Shown piece after piece: positions 22,742-33,896 of a DNA stretch of 64,000 nt. Where the stretch lies: assembly GCA_054600435.1 (NCBI GenBank), contig BAAIJX010000002.1, positions 248,001 through 312,000 of the forward strand. Reading direction: 5' to 3'. This DNA is from Neophaeotheca triangularis (Eukaryota). Below the pieces are notes generated by a model. It did not search any database and was not told where the DNA came from. It was given only the letters and a program-made list of their open reading frames with translations. The translations under genes were made by a program, and so were the position numbers. Numbering within the stretch: the stretch's first letter is position 1; each line of letters opens with the position of its first letter.

Positions 22742-25597
22742 TCACCCACCACCCACTTCCCTCCGCTCTCTCAACGCCATCTTCAACGCCAAAACCTCCC
22801 CCCTCATCCTCGCAACCTCCTCCTCCAAGACCCGCATCTTCCCCCTAGTCCGCGAGCACGCCGCGCAATGGCTAACAACACTGGCCGCATCATCTTCCGA
22901 CCCCCCAGATTCCAAGCGCGAAGTCTGCTCCCGGGGATCATTAGATTGCGCAAAACCGGTCAGGCGAGCGGGTTGTGTCGTCAGAGTATTATCCCTCGCT
23001 TGCGACTCCTTGTGGACGGCGGCTTTGAGCCAGGGGTTTTTGGCCAGGGGGGGTGTTGACTGGGTTGGGGAGTGCTGGGCTTGCGGGAGAGGTTTGTTGG
23101 CGTCGAGGTCGTGGAGGACTTTGTGGGCATCTTTGACTGGGCTGCGGGTTCTGCGCTTGGGGGAGAGGGACGAGGTTCGTGGGAAGTAGGCTTGGATTTG
23201 TGTTGTTGAGGGCTGGAAGGGTTTGTGCTCTGGCAGTGGGGTTGGGGATTGTGTGGAGGGCGCAACGAGCTCGTCTTCAGGCTCCGCTGGCGGTGGAGGC
23301 GGCGCTGACCTCGATGGTATTCCTGTTGTTGTGGCCATCGTGCTTACGGTTCCTCCGTTAGCTTCGACTCTCGTTCTGGAAGTCTGCCGGGCTGGTGGTC
23401 TCTCTCCGCGCCGGCTGCGAGTGCGGCGGGGTTTCATTTCGCGCTCGGATTGCGAAGTTAGCCAGATGTCCTCGTGGTCGATGTCGCTCAACGAAGATTG
23501 GACCGAATCGGTTTGCCAGTGGATGCGGCGGAGTCTGTAGCCTGATGCGCGCTTATCCTTCTTTCTAGATGATGTCGCTTTTTGGGCTTCGTAGGGTTGC
23601 GCGGGTGGGTTGCTGCTAGTGGTTGGATTTTGCTTGCGAGAGAAGAGCGGCTTGGGAGGATCGTTAGCCTGCGCGTTGGGATTGACAGAGAGTTGGCGAA
23701 GATTAGCGAGGATGGTGGCGTTGTCGCTCGCAATGGCAGGAAGGACTGAGAGCTTTTCGGCAGTGTTGGTCCCACTGGCATAGGGTGCTGGTTTAATGCT
23801 TGATCGCCTTCTTGTCGTGTTGAGTGGTGACTCTTTCCTCCTAACCCGTCGCACAGACACGGCACGAGGTGAATCTCCTGTCGATACCTGGTAGCCCTCC
23901 GTCATCGCCGGGTCCAACGCGGGCAAGGTGAAAGTAGGAGAGAAGACTACTGGAGGTTCAGCTATCTGAGCTTGGTCTTTGATGAATGTGTTGGTAGAAA
24001 TCCGTGGTCGCGCCTTGGCCGGACTTGTTCTCTGCTGCTTTGGAGGAGGCAAGTCGCTGACATCTAGCTTCACTGGGGAGAAGAGATCTAGGAAATCGTT
24101 CCGCACAACGCCGGTGGCAGCAGCAGCATCTGTACGCTTCGGAGAAGGTGTCCTCCTGATGGTGCCCTCTGCCTCCGCATCTTCGCGCTCGTCAGGGTGA
24201 ATAGTCAACCGACGCGTTGCGACAGTCATTGGCGAAGTCTCATGCTGTCGCAGCGTGGTAGGCAAACCCAGGCCAGGTGCTAGAGTACTTTGCCTGCGCC
24301 TGGAAATTGGAGTAGGGTGCGATGGCCGGCGTGGTGTCGTTTGTGAGGCCAGCGAGGGCAATGAAGCCGAGAGTGCTTCGCTCGGGTCTCGGCCGTCCAG
24401 ACCTGGCGTAATAGGAGAGGGCGAAAGGCCTTTCGCCCATTCAACGCCAATGACTCTCTCGCTCCGTACACTCGCGCTTTTCTGTTTGAGTAGTATGCCG
24501 AGGGAGTCGTAAATCAAGACTTTGCCATCCGCCCGGCCAACTGCAATGAGGTTGTTTGTGCTCGTCGGTCCTCCAATGACGTTGAAACCTTCACCGGGTC
24601 GTTTTCTGCGGGCGTAAGGAGTCGGCTTGGTTGAAAGCGGCCTGCTTGCTTCCTCCTTCATAGCCATCACGGAGACAGATGTCAAAGGCGCCTTGGCGTG
24701 CCATGTTCGGAGTGTGATACCACCATCGGCAAAGTCCACAAGTCTGCATCTTCCATCGCTGCCAACACTTATCGCACGAGTCTTGTAGCCTGGAAGAAAC
24801 GCAGCGCCAGTTATTGTCAAGCTCTTCCCACTCGCTCCAGCTTTGGAAGTAGGACGATGCATCTCGGCAAAACGAGCGATCTCGCCGCGATTCGCATGCT
24901 CCTGGTTGGCATATTTCCCATGCTGACGCTTCATCACACGGGTCGCATCGTATGCTGCTAGAGTCCCATTCGCAAAGCCCAAGAGAAAGATATTGGCGCG
25001 GTCCGGGTGGAAGCTAGCGACACACACCGGTCCGTCTGAAGCCCTAGGTTGCAACAGCACTGGCGTCGCGTTGTGTGCTAAATTTTTCACGTAGACGGAA
25101 GGTGGATTATTAGAAGCGGAAAGAAGTAGATGGCCGGTGGGTGAAATGGATAGAGCTATGGGAGTAGAATTGTGTACACTGGGTGAATTGAGCAGCCTCG
25201 CGTGCTCCGTCGAGTATCTTTGCACACTCCCCGTGAGTTTCGTCGTCAGATATAGATCTCTCGAGTCGGCCGTGTACTCGATCTGGCGCACTTCGTCCCC
25301 GTCTGCGTTCAAGCCCCAGCTCTTCTCTTGCCCTCTATTGGTATCGTGCAGAACAACAACGTGCTTGTCGGCAACAGCAAGAATGCCACTGCCATCTTTC
25401 GCCTCTTTTGCCGCGACAATGCCAGCTTTGCTACTGCTGAAGACAGTCTTGAAGCCCTGGGTATCCCATGCGAAGATGTAGCTAGGCGTGGTGATGAGAA
25501 GGTGCTGGTTGGTAGGGTACTCGAAAGGCTTCTGGGGTTTAGGAGAGCGTGGAGAATGCGCTGTGCCTGGCGAGATCTGTCCGACATGTATTGGCAT
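22742..25597 (-). CDS. N-terminal WD40 propeller, long disordered linker and C-terminal coiled coil (NEDD1-like architecture)
   Basis: 951-aa ORF. WD-like strands in roughly the first 390 aa, S/T/P/R-rich middle, and C-terminal heptads MRVLEEEVARMRGEVLALKMAL. Confidence 0.85.
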   Translation of the reverse strand: MPIHVGQISPGTAHSPRSPKPQKPFEYPTNQHLLITTPSYIFAWDTQGFKTVFSSSKAGIVAAKEAKDGSGILAVADKHVVVLHDTNRGQEKSWGLNADGDEVRQIEYTADSRDLYLTTKLTGSVQRYSTEHARLLNSPSVHNSTPIALSISPTGHLLLSASNNPPSVYVKNLAHNATPVLLQPRASDGPVCVASFHPDRANIFLLGFANGTLAAYDATRVMKRQHGKYANQEHANRGEIARFAEMHRPTSKAGASGKSLTITGAAFLPGYKTRAISVGSDGRCRLVDFADGGITLRTWHAKAPLTSVSVMAMKEEASRPLSTKPTPYARRKRPGEGFNVIGGPTSTNNLIAVGRADGKVLIYDSLGILLKQKSASVRSERVIGVEWAKGLSPSPITPGLDGRDPSEALSASLPSLASQTTPRRPSHPTPISRRRQSTLAPGLGLPTTLRQHETSPMTVATRRLTIHPDEREDAEAEGTIRRTPSPKRTDAAAATGVVRNDFLDLFSPVKLDVSDLPPPKQQRTSPAKARPRISTNTFIKDQAQIAEPPVVFSPTFTLPALDPAMTEGYQVSTGDSPRAVSVRRVRRKESPLNTTRRRSSIKPAPYASGTNTAEKLSVLPAIASDNATILANLRQLSVNPNAQANDPPKPLFSRKQNPTTSSNPPAQPYEAQKATSSRKKDKRASGYRLRRIHWQTDSVQSSLSDIDHEDIWLTSQSEREMKPRRTRSRRGERPPARQTSRTRVEANGGTVSTMATTTGIPSRSAPPPPPAEPEDELVAPSTQSPTPLPEHKPFQPSTTQIQAYFPRTSSLSPKRRTRSPVKDAHKVLHDLDANKPLPQAQHSPTQSTPPLAKNPWLKAAVHKESQARDNTLTTQPARLTGFAQSNDPREQTSRLESGGSEDDAASVVSHCAACSRTRGKMRVLEEEVARMRGEVLALKMALRERREVGGG

Positions 25598-26084
25598 TGT
25601 AGACTGTTCGGGCTAGGCATAATCAGTGGTATGTAGTGTATGGTATAGTAGGATAAGGTATGTGGTTGGCTGCCAGCCGACTCACAACATGTCATGTTTA
25701 TAGTAAGGTAAACATTGAAGGCCGCTGAGCGAGTGGTCCGTGCACTCAATTTCATTGTCAACGCTCCTGCTCGACAGACAGCCCAGCCTCATGGCCGACG
25801 GGAGTCGAACAAAGGAGAATTCGAATTGCGGGCATACTAATTTTGAAATGTGCACATCAGAATGATGGAGGAAAAGGGTGTGAGAATGGGAAAGAGAAAA
25901 AGAAAGAGAAAGACAATGGGCAGGAGCGTCAGCGTCACCGGGGCAGGAATTGCTATTGTTGCTATTGGTAATGGTGAAACGACAGTGACACTCACGGCAT
26001 TAATATTGCCATAGCAAGTATGAGTAGATTTGACAGGGAATCATGTGCAAGCATCCACCTCATGTATCAGGCTGTCGTAAGTGC

Positions 26085-26163
26085 TGACACCCGACGTGTG
26101 TGACACCCGACTGTAGTATCGTAAGGTATCCAATGTGTGCGTGCGTACAGTGTGCGTGCGTAC
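26085..26163. repeat. Two short direct duplications (TGACACCCGAC x2; GTGTGCGTGCGTAC x2) in a divergent intergenic region
   Basis: Copies at 26085/26101 and 26135/26150, read directly. Confidence 0.75.
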
Positions 26164-27631
26164 GTTCCTAGGTACTAGTACCTACCTACCTACCTTGAAG
26201 TTGATAGAGTCGATTGGACGATGATCAGCCTGTCAAGAAGGAGAAGGAATGACTCAGACGAGACTCGAGATGGGTGTTGAAGTGTTTCAGACGAGACGTT
26301 CCCCTAACTTACCCTTACTGCCCTGTACTTGGACTCTACTACTTTCTCGTATCACGGGACTTGCAGGGGTTTCGGATGTCAGCACCTACAGTACATTTTT
26401 ATCTGAGTATCCTTATCGTTACCTCCTATTGGGTCACGGCAATTACCGGACCCAACGATGTGACCTGTCCATCATGCCATCTCGAGGTAGTCACATCAAC
26501 AGGTATCATCTCTGGCTCTGGGTCATACTACCTTATGTACCTACCAAGGTAGTAAATCTTATTCTAATCGCTGTACTTTTTACTACTACAAGGAAGAGTA
26601 CCTAGGCAGGAGCCTTTTGGGAAGAGGTAACACGACCGGAATGTGATGTGATGTACTTCTCCCGATCAGCTGACGTCGAGGTTAATTGGAAGTGCACTGC
26701 AAGTGATGGAATGGTTGCATCGGGGCCATCGGGAGAAGCAAATGGCCCGCTTTCTAGCCCGCCCGCTTTCTAGTCTCCTTCTCGAACTTTGGCATGCGAC
26801 GCTACGCCAGCAACGCCCGAGTTTGCAAAGGCAAGGCAGCGACCAACGAGCGCAAATGGTCCATCCCCTGCAATCAATCACGCTTTCCACTACCTACCTT
26901 ACCTTGGGTACTTACTACTAACTATACTGCACCGCACTGCACCTCATATTACGAATACCCTGTCTGAGACTCTCCCTCAGCATCCTCCCCCCCCTCTCTT
27001 GCCTCTTGCCTCCCTGTTGATCAGCACTCCACCTGCATGCTACCTGGCCGCCACAAGAACAACCACCATTACCGCCACCACCACCATCACCACCACCCCC
27101 ACCACAACCACTCGACACCAACACTTCTTCTTTACACCCGTCTCCATCCCCTCGCAGTGCGTCCTCACCGTGGCGACAACTACTCATAAGGGAATGGCGA
27201 CTCCCGCGCTCTGAAACTCGCAATGCAGTAGCAGCATCTCCATCAGCAACGCCGACTCGACTCGACCGAAAACTTTCCACCTCCCACAACCACGTACCAC
27301 ATTCCACACTCAAATTGCGACCTTCACCTCCACTTGACAACATCATTGTCGCATACCATCCATCTAGGTTGCCATTCGAACACGACCCATCCATCCATTG
27401 ACATTCGCGCCCATTTCCCATAAACAGACGCGCACCCCCGCCGCTCCTGCCAGCTCGACGACCGCTGCTCAACAAAGCGCCCGATCCACACCATAGCAAC
27501 ACAAGACCACCTCCGCGGATGCGCCGGTATAGGCAGGCAGGTAATACCGGGCATTTGCCATTCAAGAGCTTGCTACGGTGATAGCGACCTTGAATCGCTC
27601 CGCGTGGCAAACCACATCACGCCCCGAACCA

Positions 27632-30435
27632 ATGGAGGTGCGGGCAGACGGGCGCTGCAGGGTCGTGTACTTTTGCGCCAGCGTCAAAGATGAAGTCTCA
27701 AAACTATACGAGAGCACGCAGAGACTGCAAAAGAAGGAAGCGGCCAATCAGTGGGAGGTCGTTGAGCAAAATGTACGGACGCTAATGGATGAAGATCAGG
27801 GTGGTTTCAGCCAAGGTGAGACACGCATCATACAACACAAGCGATTCTGTTCATGTCTAGGAAGCTGACGTTGCGACCAGTTTTCGTCTGCTCGTCAGCT
27901 AAAACATGTCTCGAGAAGCTTGAGGCATATGCTAATGAGAGGACCACCGTGGTAATCCTCGAGTTTACTGACAACGAACAACCCACGGAAGCCTCCTCGG
28001 ACGTCAAAGCGAAGGAACAATCTACGTCACTCCGCTTTCTTCAGGCCCTGGCGACAGAGACTCAAGGTGCACGGTATCAACAGCACGTTATACCCTTTGT
28101 CATGCTAGTGGGCACCTCAAAGTCCGGTAAGGAATTCGATTCCAACTCGGTTGCGCGCTATTTTACGGCGGGAGCCACCGACATCGTGCACAGCCCTTTT
28201 CAACACGAGGATATGAGTCGGCTTGTCGGTCACGTTGTCGAGCGTACCCGACCTCCGGCGCAGCTCATTGGCTCTGTCATGGCCCAAGATCTTGTCGACA
28301 GTATCCGCAACACCGAAACACCCCCCGAGTCATGTCACCGCCCCGACATGGTCGTATCACAAAATCGACAGGACATTGTCGAAGAGGCTACCAAGTCATG
28401 GACATTCCCAGCGCAGGATTTCAACATGGACGAACTAACATGCGCCGCCATGTTCATGCTGGAGGCGATTCTTTCCATGAACGAGAATAAGCAGTACTCA
28501 CTTCCTCGAGCACAACTAATGGCTTTCTTACTCGCTACGCGGCGGCAATATAAACACGAACGAGAAGTGCACTACCACAATTGGAGACACGCAGTGGATG
28601 TTACGCAATCCCTCTACTGCTTCCTAATGGAAGTCCACTTGGCGCCGAGTGACCGTGAAATGAAGCATTCGGAGAGCGAAAGGGCCGTGGAACGCCTGCT
28701 GAGTCCCGAAGATGGCCTTGTCTTGCTCGTCTCCGCAATTGGCCATGACGTGGGCCATCCAGGTGTCAATAACGCGTTCCTAGTCGCCTGCAGCCATCCT
28801 CTAGCACAAATGTACAACGACAAATCTGTGCTAGAGAACTACCACGGTGCAGCGTACTCCCAGCTCCTCAGACGCCATTGGCCTTCGTTGAAAAATATTG
28901 ATCGCTTCCGGTCCACACTTATCTCGAACATCCTCGCGACTGATATGCAGAGGCACTTTGATTTTATGGGATCGCTGGAAGAATTGAAGGACAAGATTGA
29001 ACAGAGCGAGCAAAGTGTCGACGATTGGTCCGAGAAAGACCGCTCGTCTACCCGCGAATTGGTGCTTGCGTTGCTGATGAAGGCTGCAGACATCTCAAAC
29101 GTAGCGAGGCCGTTTGACGTCTCTTCCGGATGGGCCAAGATTTTGATGAACGAATTTGCGCGGCAAGGCGAACTGGAAAACGAACTGCAAATACCGACAT
29201 GCCTGTTCGGCGGCCCACCAAACAAGGAAGACCACCTGGCGGCAGCGCAGAGTCAGAATGGCTTCATAAGTCTGTTTGGTTATCCCCTCTTCATGGGCAT
29301 TGCTGAGATCATGCCGAGTGTTTCTTGCTCCGCGAAGGACCTGCAGAAGAACAAGGAGATTTGGGAGCAGAAGATAGAAGCGGAAAAGCAGAGGCGAGAG
29401 TCCAATGGCAGCAGCGCACCCTTGACTTTCTCCTCGGTAACACAGGACGAAGTTGATGAGGCAAAACGGAAGCAGTCTCAGCCGCCCGAGGTACCCGCAC
29501 ATCTATCGCAACCGCCATCGTCGCCAACATACAGCAGGACAATACAAGCCGCCGAGGGTGTCACCACCGACGAACATCCCGCCCAAGAGCAGGTGCAACA
29601 CTCGACGTGGGGCTTTAGTACCCCCGAGAAGCGAGCTTCAGCGCCGCTAGCCGTGCCTCTCTCACCCCATGGCGGTACATCCAGAAGGTCGAGCAAAGAC
29701 GTCGCTCTGGATCAGTTTCACGATCTCCATCGCCCACTCTCTCCGTCAGTCGGGTCAGGCTCGAGGCGCGGCTCCGTTGACGCGGGCATCCAGATGAATC
29801 AGAGTTTTCCTAGCTCGCGTCGAGGCAGCAAAGACGAGAGTCTCACTACAATACTGGTCACAAATCGAGGTAGCCCTGTGCAAAGACAATCGCCTTCGAC
29901 GTCGCCAAATGCAGGATCTGATAAACACGCTTCGCCTGGCAAGGCGTCGGGAGGACCAAAACGGTACAGCACATCGCAAGCCCACCAGAAGCAAGCAGCC
30001 GCACGCAGCTCAGTGCCCTCCTCGAGATCTCACGCTACAAGCTCAGCTACCGCCGCAACGACTCAGCCTTCGCCGTCGACGCAGCCCTCTAGCATAGCGG
30101 CTACGGAAGACGAACTTACGCCTCCCGCCGCAAACATGGAAGACCCATTCACGGTTCCAGGCACCTGGCCAGGCAATGTGGATGGAAATTCTCGAGTCCC
30201 TGCTCCCGAGGTCCAACCAGTAGCACAAACAGACACCGCGAAAGATGAGGCACGCGTAGACGAAGCTGAAGATAGCGCCTCCAGCCGGCCTGTATCCCGC
30301 TTGATTCCATCCAAGAGTGGGGAACGAGGGAATCGGGAGTCGAGGAGTCGGAGTCGCCTGCGTGGTTTGAAGTTTTGGAAGAAGAAGCGAGATGTTTCTG
30401 GCGTTGAGAGTGTGGAGGCAGGATCGTCGCCCTGA
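27632..30435 (+). CDS. PDE2: High-affinity class I cAMP phosphodiesterase (Pde2/PdeH); exons 27632-27815 and 27881-30435
   Basis: YHNWRHAVDV, GHDVGHPGVNN, SVLENYH, ILATDM, KAADISN and EFARQG PDEase I motifs. Intron 27816-27880 (GTGAGA..CTGAC..CAG) is in frame. Confidence 0.95.
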
Positions 30436-31339
30436 GTGAGCTTTGCCGGAAGCTGGTGCCGATACTATCAGGAGGTGGACGCGCATGTTTAACGATCATT
30501 TTGCACCCAAAGAAGAGAGGAAGAAGCATTCGAATGGACTCAAGTGGTGCAACGGGCGTTCGGGTGCTTATGGGTTTTGCAGAGGACAGGAGCGTACATA
30601 TCGCTTGCGGGTCTATGCGGGAGGATATACCATTGCGTGGGTGTTTTGGGCGAATGACTCTCCTCTTTGTCTTTTGCTGGTTTAGGGGGTACGTTCATGT
30701 ACGATTTGCGGAAGGGAGGAGGGGAAATAGGGGTGGAGGTTGGAAAGAGACTGCTGCTGCAGCAGATCTCGCTACGTGTGCTCATAGAGTTTTCATGACT
30801 AGATGTGAATGTGATACCACTCCGACACTGGTCGATTCGCTTGCTCTCTTTTCTTCGCAGGCTTATGGATGGGTTTATGCAGCATGTGAGAGGTACTATG
30901 TATATATATAAGAGTTGCTGCATGACTAGCACAACAGCCACCCAGCCACCTCAAGCCAACCTCGGGCTCTTGCCGAAGCCGCGTCTGCGTCAACGCGATG
31001 CGCAGGGTCCCGATCGGAACCTGCGTTCCATCTAATTGTTACTAACCACCTGCATGTATCCCAAGCACGCGTAGGGGAGATGGCCTGTAGTAGCTACTAA
31101 CGATACACAGCTTGCTCGTAAGCAGCAGCACGGGTTAGACCTGAGGACAACAATCGTGCCAAGCAATTGGATCGTCTTCGTTCGGACCCCACGACTACTA
31201 CATATATCCTCCTCCTCCCTTTGCGACCTACTTTCTCTCCCATTATCGCTTCGACTACAGACTGGAATAGACCGATAGAACCTATACACGACTGGCTTCC
31301 TCAACTGAATCGAGCAACGAGAAGGCGGAATCAGCGACC

Positions 31340-32758
31340 ATGGAGCCAACCTCCTCTCCTCCTCTCACACCCATACGCAATTACATGTCCCCCCTCGAGA
31401 CCTCGCCTAGCTCAAGTTACCGTCAACAATACCGACGGCGACGAACGAGTAGCAGCCTCTCATCTCCCCACGACCGAAGTCCCGCATCAACTCGCAACAG
31501 CCACCGTTTCTCCAACGCTTCCCGCTACTCCAATGACCTCCCAACTCCGGGAGAAGAACGCGGGAATACAGGGTTGGGTAATCTAGCAGATGAGCTCGAC
31601 CAGCTGAGCGACGACGAGTACGAGGAGGGCACCACAGGTCACGAAACGCTTTGCGACGAGCCAGACGATACGCACGCAGGCGCGGAAGAAGCGCGATCAG
31701 CAGAGGGCGCGCGAGACTCCGGCGTCGACGTCAGTTACTCCTCGCCCTCAACAGCGGGCAAAAAAGAAAACCAAGTCCGCAACTTCTCCAAACCCTTCGC
31801 AAAACCGCCGGACGTGAGCGAGGAGCGTGAAGCCGAAGCAGCCGAAACAGAAACTCAAACGCCCTCGGAAGAACCCCTAACCCGCGAACTGGAAGAAGCA
31901 ATGACAGCAGTGGCGCGAATAGCCTCCACCACACCCATCGACCCGGACCCCATAATCCCGCGCTTCATAACCGCCCTTCAAGATTTGGGAAACCAAACCA
32001 GCCTCGAAGCCAGCTCGCAACGCCTGACAACCTCCACCAACAGTCTAACCAACTACCTCAACGCGCAAACAAAACACCTCGCCACCCTGTCCAGCAGCCT
32101 CTACAACCCCTTCTACACCCCCTACGCCCCGCCCCTCGACCCGGAAATCCTCGCTTCCACAACCCCCTTAATCGAAACCCTCCTAGCCGACCTCCCCTCC
32201 TTGCTCCTCCTGCCCCCCTCCTCTCGACCCGGCAGTAGCAGCAGCAGCAGCGCCACCCCCCGCCCTTCCTCAAGCCGCAGACAACCCTCCGAAGCCTCCC
32301 TTTCCCTACAAACAACAGGACCCACACCGACACCCACATCATCAACAACAACTCCACCACCACCACCACCAGCACAACCCCCCCAACCAAGCCCCCACCA
32401 AGCCCTCCAAAAACTCTCCCGCGACACAACCACCGTGGTCCAAACCCTCGGAAACCTAACCGACAGCCTCCAAATCTCCAAACAAGCTTCCTCGACCGCG
32501 GCGCGCTTGCTACGGAGCTGTCAAGCCGTCGTGGTGGAAATGCGGCGGGAGAGGGAGAGGGGGGAAGCAGCGAGGGAAGCGCTTTTGGCTAGTGGGGAGA
32601 GTGGTGGGAGTGGGAGTGGGAGTGGGAATGGTGGGGGTTTGTATGGGAGGGAGAGGGGCTGGTGTGGGAGGGAGTGTGGGGATGTTTTGGAGGGGTTTGA
32701 GAGGAGGTGTGGGGAGCTGAGGGGGGAGTTGGTTGCTGCGGCCGGTGGCGGGGGGTGA
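31340..32758 (+). CDS. Hypothetical fungal protein (472 aa) with helical C-terminal half
   Basis: Long ATG ORF. Helical segments such as LGNLADEL, LQDLGNQTSLE, LTDSLQISKQ and CGDVLEGFERRC look like conserved Pezizomycotina hypothetical proteins. Confidence 0.8.
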   Translation: MEPTSSPPLTPIRNYMSPLETSPSSSYRQQYRRRRTSSSLSSPHDRSPASTRNSHRFSNASRYSNDLPTPGEERGNTGLGNLADELDQLSDDEYEEGTTGHETLCDEPDDTHAGAEEARSAEGARDSGVDVSYSSPSTAGKKENQVRNFSKPFAKPPDVSEEREAEAAETETQTPSEEPLTRELEEAMTAVARIASTTPIDPDPIIPRFITALQDLGNQTSLEASSQRLTTSTNSLTNYLNAQTKHLATLSSSLYNPFYTPYAPPLDPEILASTTPLIETLLADLPSLLLLPPSSRPGSSSSSSATPRPSSSRRQPSEASLSLQTTGPTPTPTSSTTTPPPPPPAQPPQPSPHQALQKLSRDTTTVVQTLGNLTDSLQISKQASSTAARLLRSCQAVVVEMRRERERGEAAREALLASGESGGSGSGSGNGGGLYGRERGWCGRECGDVLEGFERRCGELRGELVAAAGGGG

Positions 32759-33896
32759 GAGGGGTCAGGAGTGGGCTTTAATGCGGGCAGCGCAGAGGGC
32801 CTAATGGGGAACTTTGAATGGAGAGGGGAGAGGGCGGGTGCTGGACGGAGGTCGGCGGCGGAAGTGCACGGGGCAATCGGCTGCGGCGAGTACCTCCTAC
32901 ATGTGTGGACGTGGAATATACCCGGGCGAGCTCGATACGCTCGGCCTTGTTTGTCTTTTTTTCTCATCTTGTTCCGGTTGTGTGCGAAAAAATAATCCAG
33001 ATATTATACTGTAATAGGCTGCTGCTTGAGGCCCATCTCCTGGCTGGGAAATAGCAAGCTTGCCTCCAGACTCTGACTATCCACAGTACAGCCGTGATGC
33101 AACGTAATTACAACCATTCCTCTACTCTACTATTCCGGGGATATCCTGCCTAGCAGATCCACTCCGTATCGTTCGCTCATGCTCGTTGGTATCTTCTCCG
33201 CATCGCTAAAAGAAAAAATTTCAAAAACACAGAAGTGCGCACCATGCAGGAGCGAGCCCCAGTCAGTCAGTGGTCCTCGAAAAGACACATCACATGCCGC
33301 ATCTTCCAAAGCCACGTTTCTCGACCCCTTGAAATGCCGCGCCTCGGAGAGCTTCTTCAACATGAGCTATCTCCTCCCCGGGTCTTTACAAGAACTGTCG
33401 AGAAGTTCCAGTCCTCGGGGGTAACCCTGGCCAACTCCCACTAACTCGAGAATACCCTAAACCTTTCTCCCGGGTTTGAGAAAGTGGTATCCTGTCCTTT
33501 CAGCGACGCTGAAGAGGCGAAGTGTGAAAGAGAAAGCGGTTCGAGATGAGAAGGTATCAGACGTTCGGCAAATTGGGTTTCAGTGAACTCTTTGAAAGCG
33601 TGATAGAGTCAAAGGAGAGAAAGAGGGGAAAGCTCCCAGCCGTTGACTCGTGTTGAACTTGAGTTGTTTCGGTGTGCCAAAGGCTCTTCGACCCGGGCTC
33701 GTGGATACGGCGGTTGCTTTCGTTGCCAGCGTTGGAACGGTCGGCGCCTGATCGACTCCTGGTTGTAAGTCGAAGTTTGCGAGGTAATGGATTGGGCCAG
33801 TACTAGACCAATCAGCCACGCCCTTTCAGTGTTGTGTAAGACTGCATGCACATTGTGAGTTTGATGTCGACGAGCCACGAAACTCTTCCCCATCTT

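Noticed and set aside
33130..33560. Short - strand ORFs between the 472-aa gene and DUF3405
   Set aside because: No recognisable motifs or consistent splice model.
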